Below, piece after piece: positions 48,119 through 57,139 of a stretch of DNA of 64,000 nucleotides. Below the pieces are notes generated by a model. That model ran no database searches and had not been told where the DNA came from. It worked only from the letters and a program-made list of their open reading frames with translations. The stretch is from assembly GCA_021208605.1 (NCBI GenBank), contig JAJOJK010000003.1, positions 9,481 through 73,480 of the forward strand. The letters are read 5' to 3'. Positions within the stretch are counted from its first letter, which is position 1. Each line of letters begins with the position of its first letter. The stretch is from Candidatus Woesebacteria bacterium. GTDB taxonomy: Bacteria; Patescibacteriota; Microgenomatia; UBA1400; UBA1396. Made by a program: the position numbers and the translations under genes.

Positions 48119-48610
48119 CTAAAAATCGTTGCGTGACGACAGCTGCGCTACACGACGCGAGTGGCGCCCTGCACCAAACTCTGTTTGTAAAAACACTTGC
48201 ACCAAGTGCTGTGCTTCGGCTTCCTTGACGTGATCGCCCTCCAAAACCAAAACATTGGCATTGTTGTGTTCCCGTGCATGAATGACATCTGCCTCGTTGC
48301 GACACACCACTGCTCGCACCTGTGGAAAACGATTGGCCATGATCGCCATCCCGCCACCAGTTCGACACACTAAGATGCCGATTGTTGTTGGATTGGCTAC
48401 TTCAGATTCCGATTGGTTTTCCACTGCTGTGGATATCTCTCTGGCCACCGCTGCACCAAACTGCGGATAGTCATCGCTTGGATCAAGTTCGTGCGCACCG
48501 CAATCGGTGACTGATGAGACGGTAAGCTCTGTTGCGTGCGATTTCAGCCAGAGGCGAAGCGCTTCTTTGATGGCAAAACCGCCATGATCGGCACCGAGGA
48601 ATACTTGCAT
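48119..48610 (-). CDS. rpiB: ribose-5-phosphate isomerase B
   Basis: MQVFLGADHGGFAIKEAL and the C69-equivalent (ILVCRTGGG). Confidence 0.85.
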   Translation of the reverse strand: MQVFLGADHGGFAIKEALRLWLKSHATELTVSSVTDCGAHELDPSDDYPQFGAAVAREISTAVENQSESEVANPTTIGILVCRTGGGMAIMANRFPQVRAVVCRNEADVIHAREHNNANVLVLEGDHVKEAEAQHLVQVFLQTEFGAGRHSRRVAQLSSRNDF

Positions 48611-48642
48611 AGGTGTGTTTTCTCTCTTTTGTTGTCTTTTTA

Positions 48643-48664
48643 TAGGCCTAAGGGTCGGTCCCTC
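48643..48664. repeat. REP type A (TAGGCCTA-AGGGTCGGTCCCT-C)
   Basis: Canonical copy. Merges into the 8-bp tandem array. Confidence 0.65.
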
Positions 48665-48765
48665 TCTATCTCTCTATCTCTCTATCTCTCTATCTCTCTA
48701 TCTCTCTATCTCTCTATCTCTCTATCTCTCTATCTCTCTATCTCTCTATTTCTCTATCTCTATAC
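48663..48765. repeat. tandem repeat (TCTCTATC)x~12.9
   Basis: Ten perfect 8-bp units, one variant (TCTCTATT), one more perfect unit and a partial unit. Lies between the rpiB start and the VIT-family stop. Confidence 0.9.
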
Positions 48766-49524
48766 TATAAACCGCTCCACCAAAACACCCAACACATACG
48801 CGGCAACGGCGGCGATCGACCCCACTCCCAAAATTTCCAGACCATTCTTCCACCAAGATCCACCAGTGAGGCGGGTCCGGAGTGAGCCCACTAAAAAGAG
48901 GGCCGCTAAAGTCATGCCAATAGAAATGGGGAACTGCATACGAGCCGCCACGGGCACACCCACTGCAGCCACCATGTATGGCAACAATGGCAGCGCACCC
49001 GCCACTACAAAAGCTGCAAACGTGGCAACACCCGTTCGCCACAGGTGTTCAGCCCGCTCGGGAACCGCTCCCATCTCTGACTGGAAACCAAGCTCAACCA
49101 TATGGTCCGGGTTCTTGGCGTGTATCTCAACCAATTTTTTTGCATCATCCGCACTGTATCCTTTTTCTCGATACATCTGAAAAATTTCTTCTTGCTCAAT
49201 TTCTGGAATCTTTTTGTACTCCCAAGCTTCCATGGAAAGCTGACGCTGTTTGAATTTTTCCTCCGACACAGATCCTAAATAATCGCCAATACCCATCGAA
49301 AGTCCGTCGGCAATCATGTTTGCGATTCCCAAAATCAAAATGACATCAGCCGAAAGCTGCGCTCCGGCAACACCTGCCACGACAGCAAACGTTGTCACGA
49401 TTCCATCATTGGCACCATATACTGCCGCCCGCAAGAGATCGCCGGCGACAAACCCACCATGCAACGACATTTCCTGGCCGGTAGCATGGAGGTGTTCAAG
49501 GTGTTTTTTCGTGGGCTTTTGCAT
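48760..49524 (-). CDS. VIT/CCC1 family iron/manganese transporter
   Basis: LRAAVYGANDGIVTTFAVVAGVAGA N-terminal motif and C-terminal TM helices. Confidence 0.8.
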   Translation of the reverse strand: MQKPTKKHLEHLHATGQEMSLHGGFVAGDLLRAAVYGANDGIVTTFAVVAGVAGAQLSADVILILGIANMIADGLSMGIGDYLGSVSEEKFKQRQLSMEAWEYKKIPEIEQEEIFQMYREKGYSADDAKKLVEIHAKNPDHMVELGFQSEMGAVPERAEHLWRTGVATFAAFVVAGALPLLPYMVAAVGVPVAARMQFPISIGMTLAALFLVGSLRTRLTGGSWWKNGLEILGVGSIAAVAAYVLGVLVERFIV

Positions 49525-49581
49525 GACTTCAGTCTACAGAATTTATTGCTATTCACCAAATACCTCAGTAATTCTCAGGTA

Positions 49582-49932
49582 TCAGAATCCCAACTCCGCT
49601 CTGGCCTCTTCGCTCATGTCCTGCAGCCTCCAGGGTGGATCAAAAGTGAGTTCGGTGATGATGTCCTTTTCCGGTTGGATTTTTTTGGAATCGAGCAGCT
49701 CATCGGGAATAATTCTGGTGAGCGCTTGCTGTACTTGGTGCTGAATCATTCCTGCCAACGGGCAACCTGGAGTCGTGAGTGTGTAAACAATGCGGATTTG
49801 GAAGGCATCGTCAGTCGGAATCACCTGCACTTTGCGAATAAATCCCATCTCGACTATATTTAGGTGCGTTTCTGGATCAAGAACCGTTTTGAGTTCGTTG
49901 CGAATCTGGTCTTCGGATATGGAAAGCGACAT
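49582..49932 (-). CDS. DUF59/MIP18-family Fe-S assembly protein (SufT-like)
   Basis: IRNELKTVLDPETHLNIVEMGFI...TTPGCP. Confidence 0.7.
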   Translation of the reverse strand: MSLSISEDQIRNELKTVLDPETHLNIVEMGFIRKVQVIPTDDAFQIRIVYTLTTPGCPLAGMIQHQVQQALTRIIPDELLDSKKIQPEKDIITELTFDPPWRLQDMSEEARAELGF

Positions 49933-49938
49933 AGATTC

Positions 49939-51747
49939 CTACGCCACCCGAATTTGTTTGAGTTCATCGAGTGTAGTGGCCTGCTCAACGGACTTGTCAT
50001 CACGGAACTTGACTAATCTCGGAAAACGCAGCGCAAGCTTCGCTGTATGTAGTGGCGACTGCGTAATTTCGTCGGCTGCTACCTCAACCACCAAACCAAG
50101 TGGAACCAGCACATCCGGTTGTAGTTGATCAGGAATAACAGTTTGGAAATCATAATTTTTTATAGATTTTGATTGCTTTTCGTGCAGAGAGTCGCAACGC
50201 ACTTTCATTTCTCTCCACTGATCATCGGTAAGGCCAGTCCCAATCTTGGCGAGAGTCAAAACAGAATCATTTTTTGAGTCGAGAATGCCAACCAAAAAAG
50301 CGCCAATACCAAACTGAGTTCGCTTACCGCGGCCATAATAATATCCTAAAACAATCGCATCAATCGTATCGGTAAGCTTGGCCTTGCTTCCTTCTTTTTC
50401 TTTGAGCTTCACCCAATTGAACGATTGTCGACCAGACAAGTACTCACCGTGGGATTTTTTAATGACTGCACCTTCCAACCCAGCTGTCAATTGTTCTTCA
50501 TGAAAAACTTTTAGCTCTATGGGGTCGGAAGTTGTAATGTATGGTGCAACAACTACTGTATTTGTTTTTGCAGAAATTATGTGTTCGATAATTTCTTTCC
50601 GTTGATCGAGTGGGATATGCATTTGCGACTGGCCGTCTTTGAACAATACGTCGAATACAAAAAACCGCAAAGGTATCGTTTCCGCCATTTCCGCAACTCC
50701 ATGCTTGCGTTTACGTTTGATGGTCGTCTGGAAATTCACTAGCTGATCTGTCTCGGGATCATAGCCTACGGCTTCGGCATCAAATATAACGGATTCTACA
50801 GGGAGTTCGAGCAAATCTTGTTTCAACTCTGGAAACATTTCTGAGTTTTCATCCAAATTTCGCGTAAAAGTTTTCACTGTTTCGGTTCGTGCATCCCAAT
50901 GAATTTGGACACGCGTACCATCGTACTTGGGTTCGGCAATCACCTTTCCCATCTTTTCGATCATCTCTTCAGTGGTTTTTAAGCGATCACAAAGTGCCGG
51001 CAAAATAGGAGTCCCAAGAGCAACATCGAGTTTTCGCGCAGCCTCGATACCGCCAGAGCGAACGTGCTGTGCAATCACACCAATATCTGGGTGACGCTGA
51101 TAGACTTCGTCGAGTGCATGCCGCTGCGATTTGTCACCTGCCATATACCATGACAGAGCATCGAGAATAGTTTTGTCGGAAACACCCAAACGCATGTCTC
51201 CCAACAAGATACGCGCCACGTAACGAGCCGACAGCGGCTGAAGCTGACGCAAAAGTTTTGCCACCACATGGATCTTCTCTTCTTGACTGCCCTCACCGCT
51301 GATTTCGGTGATTTGCCACAGGCGATCAAACACATCGGGCACCGTGAGGTCGGCGAAAGTGGAGTTGTGACTCGTAGTTACAAGTTCTTTGAGCACTTCT
51401 TCGGCCAGCAATCCGATATCACCGAGCCGTTTATAGCGCTTGGACAAAAGTTTTTTTTGATCTTCTACAGCAACATTATTTACCGCTTCACCAAAAAGAT
51501 TCTCTGCTAACTCCGCTTTCAGTGGCTGCAACTCGGCCAACGAGTACAGCATAAACTGCACCCCAAACTGAAACTGCGGATTCCGAAAATTCGGACCCAT
51601 TTGTCCGAGCAGTAAATAGAGATACTTGTCGATTTCTTCTGCCGCGATTTCCGAGAACATCTGAGCCAACAACTCGGTCTGCGCGAGCTTTTTGCTGGTG
51701 TCTTCTAGCGGCTGTAAGTATTTTTCGGCGAACTGGTGGAACTGCAT
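49939..51747 (-). CDS. lig: ATP-dependent DNA ligase
   Basis: KYDGTRVQIH adenylation motif I. 602 aa with an OB-fold C-terminal domain. Confidence 0.85.
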   Translation of the reverse strand: MQFHQFAEKYLQPLEDTSKKLAQTELLAQMFSEIAAEEIDKYLYLLLGQMGPNFRNPQFQFGVQFMLYSLAELQPLKAELAENLFGEAVNNVAVEDQKKLLSKRYKRLGDIGLLAEEVLKELVTTSHNSTFADLTVPDVFDRLWQITEISGEGSQEEKIHVVAKLLRQLQPLSARYVARILLGDMRLGVSDKTILDALSWYMAGDKSQRHALDEVYQRHPDIGVIAQHVRSGGIEAARKLDVALGTPILPALCDRLKTTEEMIEKMGKVIAEPKYDGTRVQIHWDARTETVKTFTRNLDENSEMFPELKQDLLELPVESVIFDAEAVGYDPETDQLVNFQTTIKRKRKHGVAEMAETIPLRFFVFDVLFKDGQSQMHIPLDQRKEIIEHIISAKTNTVVVAPYITTSDPIELKVFHEEQLTAGLEGAVIKKSHGEYLSGRQSFNWVKLKEKEGSKAKLTDTIDAIVLGYYYGRGKRTQFGIGAFLVGILDSKNDSVLTLAKIGTGLTDDQWREMKVRCDSLHEKQSKSIKNYDFQTVIPDQLQPDVLVPLGLVVEVAADEITQSPLHTAKLALRFPRLVKFRDDKSVEQATTLDELKQIRVA

Positions 51748-51774
51748 GGTTAGTCTAGTGTAGCAGACTTGGTA

Positions 51775-51797
51775 GAGGGACCGACCCTTAGGCCTAG
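51775..51797. repeat. REP type A (GAGGGACCGACCCT-TAGGCCTAG)
   Basis: Canonical copy. Confidence 0.65.
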
Positions 51798-51849
51798 AAA
51801 AATAAAATGGCGGACAAAAAAACTCACCAACTCAAAAAGAAACACCGTT

Positions 51850-52959
51850 CTACTCCAACGTGTAATGCACGCCCTTCGTCACACCATGTTTTTTAACGAG
51901 ACCCTTATCAATTAAGTCTTTCAAGTCGCGCAAAATGGTGTCCGTTGAGATCATCGGCAAAATTTCATTCAAGTCACTACTGGTGGCTTTGCCCTGTTCT
52001 TGCAAGTACTCCATCACGATCAGCTGACGCTCACTCAGGGCAACCTGATGTCCCAACTTTTGATGCAAGCGAAAATCTTGCGACAATTTCAATACTTGCT
52101 GCTTGATGCGATCCAGCTCAATCGCCAAACCGTAGGAAAAGTACTCCAGCCAATAAGTCATGTCATTGTCTTTACTATTTTGCACCGAACGAATGGCCAG
52201 ATAGTAGTTTTCAATATCGTTGTCGAAATACTGTTCAAGAGAGAAAAATCTTTTGACATCAAAGTCTTCCGCGTACATGAGCGCCAACGCCATCGCACGA
52301 GCGGTCCGGCCATTTCCTTCAATAAACGGGTGGATGTTGACGAGTTGATAGTGCGTCACAGCCGCTCGGAACACAACGTGCTGGCGACGAGCAGCATCAC
52401 TATTGAGCCACTCCAAAAACTCCTTGACTAGACCAGGGACCGCTTCTGGTTCCGGCGGTCGGTGCACAACTTGCCCAGACTCGACACCACGAACAATCAC
52501 TTTATGATCGCGATACGTGCCGCACTGATCCGGAGCAATAATGCGATGCACCGAAATTGAGTGCAGCGTTTTCAGCATATCTTCGGTGTACTTCGGGCGC
52601 TCGCCTTCTTGCAGGCTTTCTCCCCAGGAGTTTATCCAGTCGAGCACGGAACGATAGTTAATTATTTCTTGAATATCTCTGGCCTTGCCGACAATACCGG
52701 CGCCGCTGGCCACTTTTTCTGGGTCGGTCCCTGGAATACTGAGGACTCGCTCCGCCTGTTCTTGGCTGAGTTCATTTCCTTCCAGGCGAGTGCCGTGGTA
52801 CACGGTCCGGACCATGGCTTCTTCTTGAAATTTGGCTTCCCAGGCGGGAACGATGGGGGCATTTTTAATAACTTCACGCGACGCCTCGATGCTCGCGATG
52901 TACTGCAGCAGATTGTTAGAAATCTGAAAATTGGGACGAAACGTGCTCATACTGCACAC
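51850..52959 (-). CDS. Fic family protein
   Basis: HPFIEGNGRTARAMALAL Fic motif. C-terminal winged-helix-like region. Confidence 0.85.
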   Translation of the reverse strand: MCSMSTFRPNFQISNNLLQYIASIEASREVIKNAPIVPAWEAKFQEEAMVRTVYHGTRLEGNELSQEQAERVLSIPGTDPEKVASGAGIVGKARDIQEIINYRSVLDWINSWGESLQEGERPKYTEDMLKTLHSISVHRIIAPDQCGTYRDHKVIVRGVESGQVVHRPPEPEAVPGLVKEFLEWLNSDAARRQHVVFRAAVTHYQLVNIHPFIEGNGRTARAMALALMYAEDFDVKRFFSLEQYFDNDIENYYLAIRSVQNSKDNDMTYWLEYFSYGLAIELDRIKQQVLKLSQDFRLHQKLGHQVALSERQLIVMEYLQEQGKATSSDLNEILPMISTDTILRDLKDLIDKGLVKKHGVTKGVHYTLE

Positions 52960-53072
52960 TTACTGTAACATAATTCTTGCAGTGATTGCAATAATGAGTG
53001 GGTGCGGTGGTGGAGATTTGGCGGATTTTTGGTTAGGGTTTTGGTTGGAGTTTTGGCCAATAGATATTTTTT

Positions 53073-53096
53073 CTAGGCCTAAGGGTCGGTCCCTTT
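53073..53096. repeat. REP type A (CTAGGCCTA-AGGGTCGGTCCCT-TT)
   Basis: Supplies the stop codon and the last six codons (EKGTDP*) of the Nnr-like gene. Confidence 0.65.
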
Positions 53097-54122
53097 CTCC
53101 ACCTCACGCCACGCGTGCGGCACCATCTCGACTAAGTCGGAACTGTTAAACATCGTTCCGTGCTCTTGATAAAGCATGTGACCAGCGAGTTTATTCAAGT
53201 AACTGGCCACCACTGTCGAGACAAACGGTTCTGAAGTTGCCAAAAAGCCAACCAGGCTACCGGCAAGTACATCGCCGGTGCCACCTTTGGTCATGCTGGC
53301 ATTGCCGCCGCTTACAAGAACCAGTTCGTTCTCATTCCAAATGATGTCGGTAGGTCCTTTTACTAAAAATGTCGCGTTCCGGCACTCTCTGGATACTTCG
53401 AACAAAGCTGACAACTGAGTTTGAGAAAGAGGCACCTCACGAATAATTTCTGGAGGTCGAGAAAAACCTGTCGGCGATTGAGAGAATTGAGAGAAAAGAC
53501 GAGCGGCATGCTGCAAAAGTACCTCTCTGTCATGATCCAGAAAACGATGAATCGTTTCTTTCGCCGTATCAGGGAGTTTATGCGACAGGCGGAGAAATTC
53601 TTGGGGATGTGGTGTCAGCACGGGTTTTTCAGGGAACCACTCGGGGTGAATGACTTGCAACGCCCCGGCATCGATAACCCATTTTTTGCCCGTGCCGAGA
53701 GCAGTCAAAACACGAGTCACAGCGATGGTGTCGTTTTCCCAGTCGGCGTCGGAGAGGTCTTCGTGACGAATATCATGTAGTTGCGTTTCCGTAAATCGAC
53801 TGGCAAAATCGCGACGCATACCAGGTCCGATCAAAATGCTATCGGCTTCGGCGATGTACGCGGGAAGTTCCCGGCGCGGCACTACCACTCCGTCATGAGC
53901 ATAGAACTTGGCGTCGTAGAGCAGTTGATTATTCTCGGCTACAGAGCTATAGAAGGTCATATCGACCAGGCGCGAAGCGGCTAAAAAACTCCAGCGACTC
54001 GCGGCGTGAAACAGATCACTCCCACCAATAATGAGCGCTTTGCCATTCTGTCCCTTATGAGAATCGGAGCTGGGAAACTGGAGTTGGCGAATATAATCGT
54101 GAATAGTGGAGCGAGTAGACAT
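53079..54122 (-). CDS. nnrD: ADP-dependent NAD(P)H-hydrate dehydratase (YjeF C-terminal domain family)
   Basis: SHKGQNGKALIIGGS and GGTGDVLAGSLVGFLA motifs. The start was set at MSTRSTIHDY to avoid overlap with recF. Confidence 0.75.
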   Translation of the reverse strand: MSTRSTIHDYIRQLQFPSSDSHKGQNGKALIIGGSDLFHAASRWSFLAASRLVDMTFYSSVAENNQLLYDAKFYAHDGVVVPRRELPAYIAEADSILIGPGMRRDFASRFTETQLHDIRHEDLSDADWENDTIAVTRVLTALGTGKKWVIDAGALQVIHPEWFPEKPVLTPHPQEFLRLSHKLPDTAKETIHRFLDHDREVLLQHAARLFSQFSQSPTGFSRPPEIIREVPLSQTQLSALFEVSRECRNATFLVKGPTDIIWNENELVLVSGGNASMTKGGTGDVLAGSLVGFLATSEPFVSTVVASYLNKLAGHMLYQEHGTMFNSSDLVEMVPHAWREVEKGTDP

Positions 54123-54144
54123 GCGACCATTGTCTCGCAAATGG

Positions 54145-55178
54145 TCACTCAAATAAAGAAGGATAGCCTTCCTCGACGGTAGTGATGATGGCTTGCGAAC
54201 GCGTGGCGGCATCTTGAATGAGTTCTTGGTTCATTTCGTCGAGCTCGGAAAAGACGTCGTCGAGCAGAAGCACTGGCAGCTCTTGTCGTTTTTGTTCGAT
54301 GTACTGCACTTCGGATAACTTCCACCAGGCTAACGCGAGGCGTTGTTCACCGCGAGATCCGTAGCGCTCAATATCGCGCCATTCGCTGCCGCGTTTGACT
54401 CTCACGATGACATCGTCTTTGTGGGGACCGACTAAGGTGTAACCCGTGGACAGCTCGGCGCGTTCGTATTTTTTGATGCGTTCTTCGGAAATGATGGAGT
54501 GGTCGTACTCAACTTGGTACTCTTCTTTGAAACCTGGTTGCTGGTCGAGCCAGTGAAGGAACTCTGCTCTGGCCTGGTGGAGTATTTCGCCATTGTCGAT
54601 GAGAAGCTGGTCCCAATAGAAAAAATCTTGGCGTTGTGCTTCGCCTTCTCGCAGTGCTCGTAAAAGACGATTCCGCCGCCGGAGGGCTTTGTCGTAGTTT
54701 TTGCGCGCTCGTCGGTACTCGATGGAAACTTGGTCGAGTAAGGTGTCTAGCAAGTGGCGGCGCGCAGTGCCGCCACTCTGAAACAACTCCATATCTTCTG
54801 GCGTAAACACTACCGTAAGAAGTTGCCCCGTGGCATCGCTGGCTCGACGACTGACACCGTTGACGCGATAGAGACGCTTATTCGTTTTTTTTGCCTTGGA
54901 GAATACCGTGGGTAAAGAGTTGTTCGAGTTTGGTTTCGTCGCCTTTTTTCGTCTTGGAATTTGGCCATGACACGAGCGAGTTCTTCATCCCACTCGATCA
55001 GTTCATCGGTTTGCTTGGCGCGCCAGGATTGGCCGGTGGACAGGAGGGCGAGAGACTCGATGAGGTTGGATTTACCGGAGCCGTTGGGGGCGGTGAAAAC
55101 ATTCAGGCCTGGCTCAAACGACCAGGTGTGGTCGGAGATGTTGCGGAAGTGTTGGAGCCAGAGTCCAGTAATGATCAT
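54145..55178 (-). CDS. recF: DNA replication/repair protein RecF, frameshifted at a T6 tract (plus-strand coordinates)
   Basis: N-terminal Walker A APNGSGKSNLIESL (track ORF 54810..55178) and the remainder (track ORF 54145..54810). The frames join if the T6 at 54944-54949 were T7. Confidence 0.75.
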
Positions 55179-55200
55179 GGGGAGACACCCCTAGGCCTAT
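55179..55200. repeat. REP type B (GGGGAGACACCCC-TAGGCCTAT)
   Basis: Perfect 22-nt inverted repeat with 55297-55318, spaced 96 bp. Abuts the recF start codon. Confidence 0.65.
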
Positions 55201-55296
55201 ATCTTTTTTATTTTCTTTAGTATATCTCAAGAGGGCGCGTTATTGGCAGATTCGTTAGGATGAAAAAATGAAAAAAGCGCTGATAGTATTGGAGTT

Positions 55297-55318
55297 ATAG
55301 GCCTAGGGGTGTCTCCCC
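55297..55318. repeat. REP type B (ATAGGCCTA-GGGGTGTCTCCCC)
   Basis: Inverted partner of 55179-55200. Lies 9 bp from the lepA stop. Confidence 0.65.
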
Positions 55319-55326
55319 AGACTCAG

Positions 55327-57126
55327 CTATCTCTCCAAAACCGCCATAAAAGCCTCTTGCGGCAAAGAAACTCGACCAATTTCCTTCATCCGCGCCTTGC
55401 CTTTTTTCTGTTTCTTCAGCAACTTGTCTTTCCGAGTCTGGTCACCACCATACAGCTTCGCCGTCACGTCCTTACGGAAGGCCTTGACCGTTTCGCGAGC
55501 CACAATCCGGCCCCCAATCGTGGCCTGAATCGGCATCTCGAACTGCTGACGAGGAATCACTTCCTTCAATTTTTTCGCAATCGCGCGGCCAATCGACTCA
55601 GCCTGATCGCGCACCACAATTTGTGACAATGCCTCAATTTCTTCATGCTGCACCATGATAGATAGCTTCACAGCATCAACCCACTCATAGCCAGTCACCT
55701 CGTATTCCAGAGAAGCAAAACCAGAAGTCACCGATTTCAGCATGTCATGAAAATTCACAATCAGTTCAGCTAAAGGCATGTCGTAGACAGCCCGTACGCG
55801 CGTGCCGACATCAATCACCTCCAATAAATTACCGCGCCGGCCTTCGCACAACTGCATCACCGCGCCTAAGTAATGACGGGGTGTAAAGATAGTCGTGCGC
55901 GTCATTGGTTCATAAATCGATTCGATCATGGCCGGATCCGGGAGTTCGCTGGCGTTGTTGACGCGAATGCGTTGACTGGGTTCATCGCCAGTACCACGCA
56001 CTTGAATTTCATATGGCACGGAAGGCGAAGTCGCCACCATCTCCAGGCCAAATTCGCGCTCCAAACGTTCTTGAACAATTTCTGCATGCAAAATACCCAA
56101 AAAACCTACACGCATCCCGTTTCCGAGAGCGTGAGAGTTTACGCCTTGGTACTGCAAAGCAGCATCGTGGAGCTTTAATTTATTCAGAGCATCGGTCAAA
56201 AGCATGAAGTCGTCGCCATCAATCGGGTAAAATTCCAAATAGACCATAGGTTGAGGCTCTTTGTAACCGGGTAACGCCGTTACCTTGTCAATGGTATGCG
56301 CCTGGGTAATCGTGTCACCCACTTTCACCAAATCGACATCTTTCATGCCGGTAGCAATATAGCCTACTTCGCCTGCTTTCAGAGACTCTACTGGACGGCG
56401 ATCCGGGCCAAAAAAGCCAATTTCCGTTGGCGTGAAGCGCTGGTGTTGCGCCATCAGCATTAAGCTTTCGCGCTTGAGCTCGCCTTCCATGACTCGCACG
56501 TAGGCAATCACGCCTTGGTGCGTGTCATACAAAGAGGTAAACACAAGTGCGCGGAGGGGTTCAGCAGCTGGTTCCGGCGCCACGGGCAATCGAGTGACGA
56601 TCGTATCCAGAATGGCATCGATATTCTGACCCGTCTTCGCCGACACGGCCACAATGTCTTCTTCTTCAAAATCGAGCGTCTCCATAAGTTCGAGTGTGGT
56701 CGACTCAACATCGGCCACTGGCAAATCAATTTTGTTCAAAACCGGAATAATCTTCAAACCGAGCGCTTTAGCTTTTTCGTAGTTGGCTAAGGTTTGCGCC
56801 TGCACACCTTGCGTAGCGTCGACTACCAACAATACACCTTCACACGCGGCTAAAGAGCGAGAAACTTCATAACTAAAGTCCACGTGGCCAGGTGTATCAA
56901 TTAAGTTAAGCTGTACTTTTTCGCCCGTTTGCGGGTGTTTCCACTCCATGCGAACTGGCGCTAGTTTAATGGTGATACCGCGCTCCTGCTCGATCGGATT
57001 CGAGTCCATCAAGCGCTCTTTGAACTGGCGCTCAGTAATCGTGCCGGTGCGCAGCAACAACCGGTCGGTCAAGGTAGTCTTGCCGTGGTCAATGTGCGCG
57101 ATGATCGAAAAATTACGAATTGGCAT
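55327..57126 (-). CDS. lepA: elongation factor 4 (LepA)
   Basis: MPIRNFSIIAHIDHGKTTLTDRLL GTPase G1 motif and the characteristic LepA C-terminal domain. 599 aa. Confidence 0.92.
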   Translation of the reverse strand: MPIRNFSIIAHIDHGKTTLTDRLLLRTGTITERQFKERLMDSNPIEQERGITIKLAPVRMEWKHPQTGEKVQLNLIDTPGHVDFSYEVSRSLAACEGVLLVVDATQGVQAQTLANYEKAKALGLKIIPVLNKIDLPVADVESTTLELMETLDFEEEDIVAVSAKTGQNIDAILDTIVTRLPVAPEPAAEPLRALVFTSLYDTHQGVIAYVRVMEGELKRESLMLMAQHQRFTPTEIGFFGPDRRPVESLKAGEVGYIATGMKDVDLVKVGDTITQAHTIDKVTALPGYKEPQPMVYLEFYPIDGDDFMLLTDALNKLKLHDAALQYQGVNSHALGNGMRVGFLGILHAEIVQERLEREFGLEMVATSPSVPYEIQVRGTGDEPSQRIRVNNASELPDPAMIESIYEPMTRTTIFTPRHYLGAVMQLCEGRRGNLLEVIDVGTRVRAVYDMPLAELIVNFHDMLKSVTSGFASLEYEVTGYEWVDAVKLSIMVQHEEIEALSQIVVRDQAESIGRAIAKKLKEVIPRQQFEMPIQATIGGRIVARETVKAFRKDVTAKLYGGDQTRKDKLLKKQKKGKARMKEIGRVSLPQEAFMAVLER

Positions 57127-57139
57127 GTGTGTCTATTGT

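Noticed and set aside
48663-48765. Possible CRISPR array, because of regularly repeated sequence
   Set aside because: The unit is only 8 bp with no spacers. It is a simple microsatellite-like tandem repeat, not repeat-spacer architecture.
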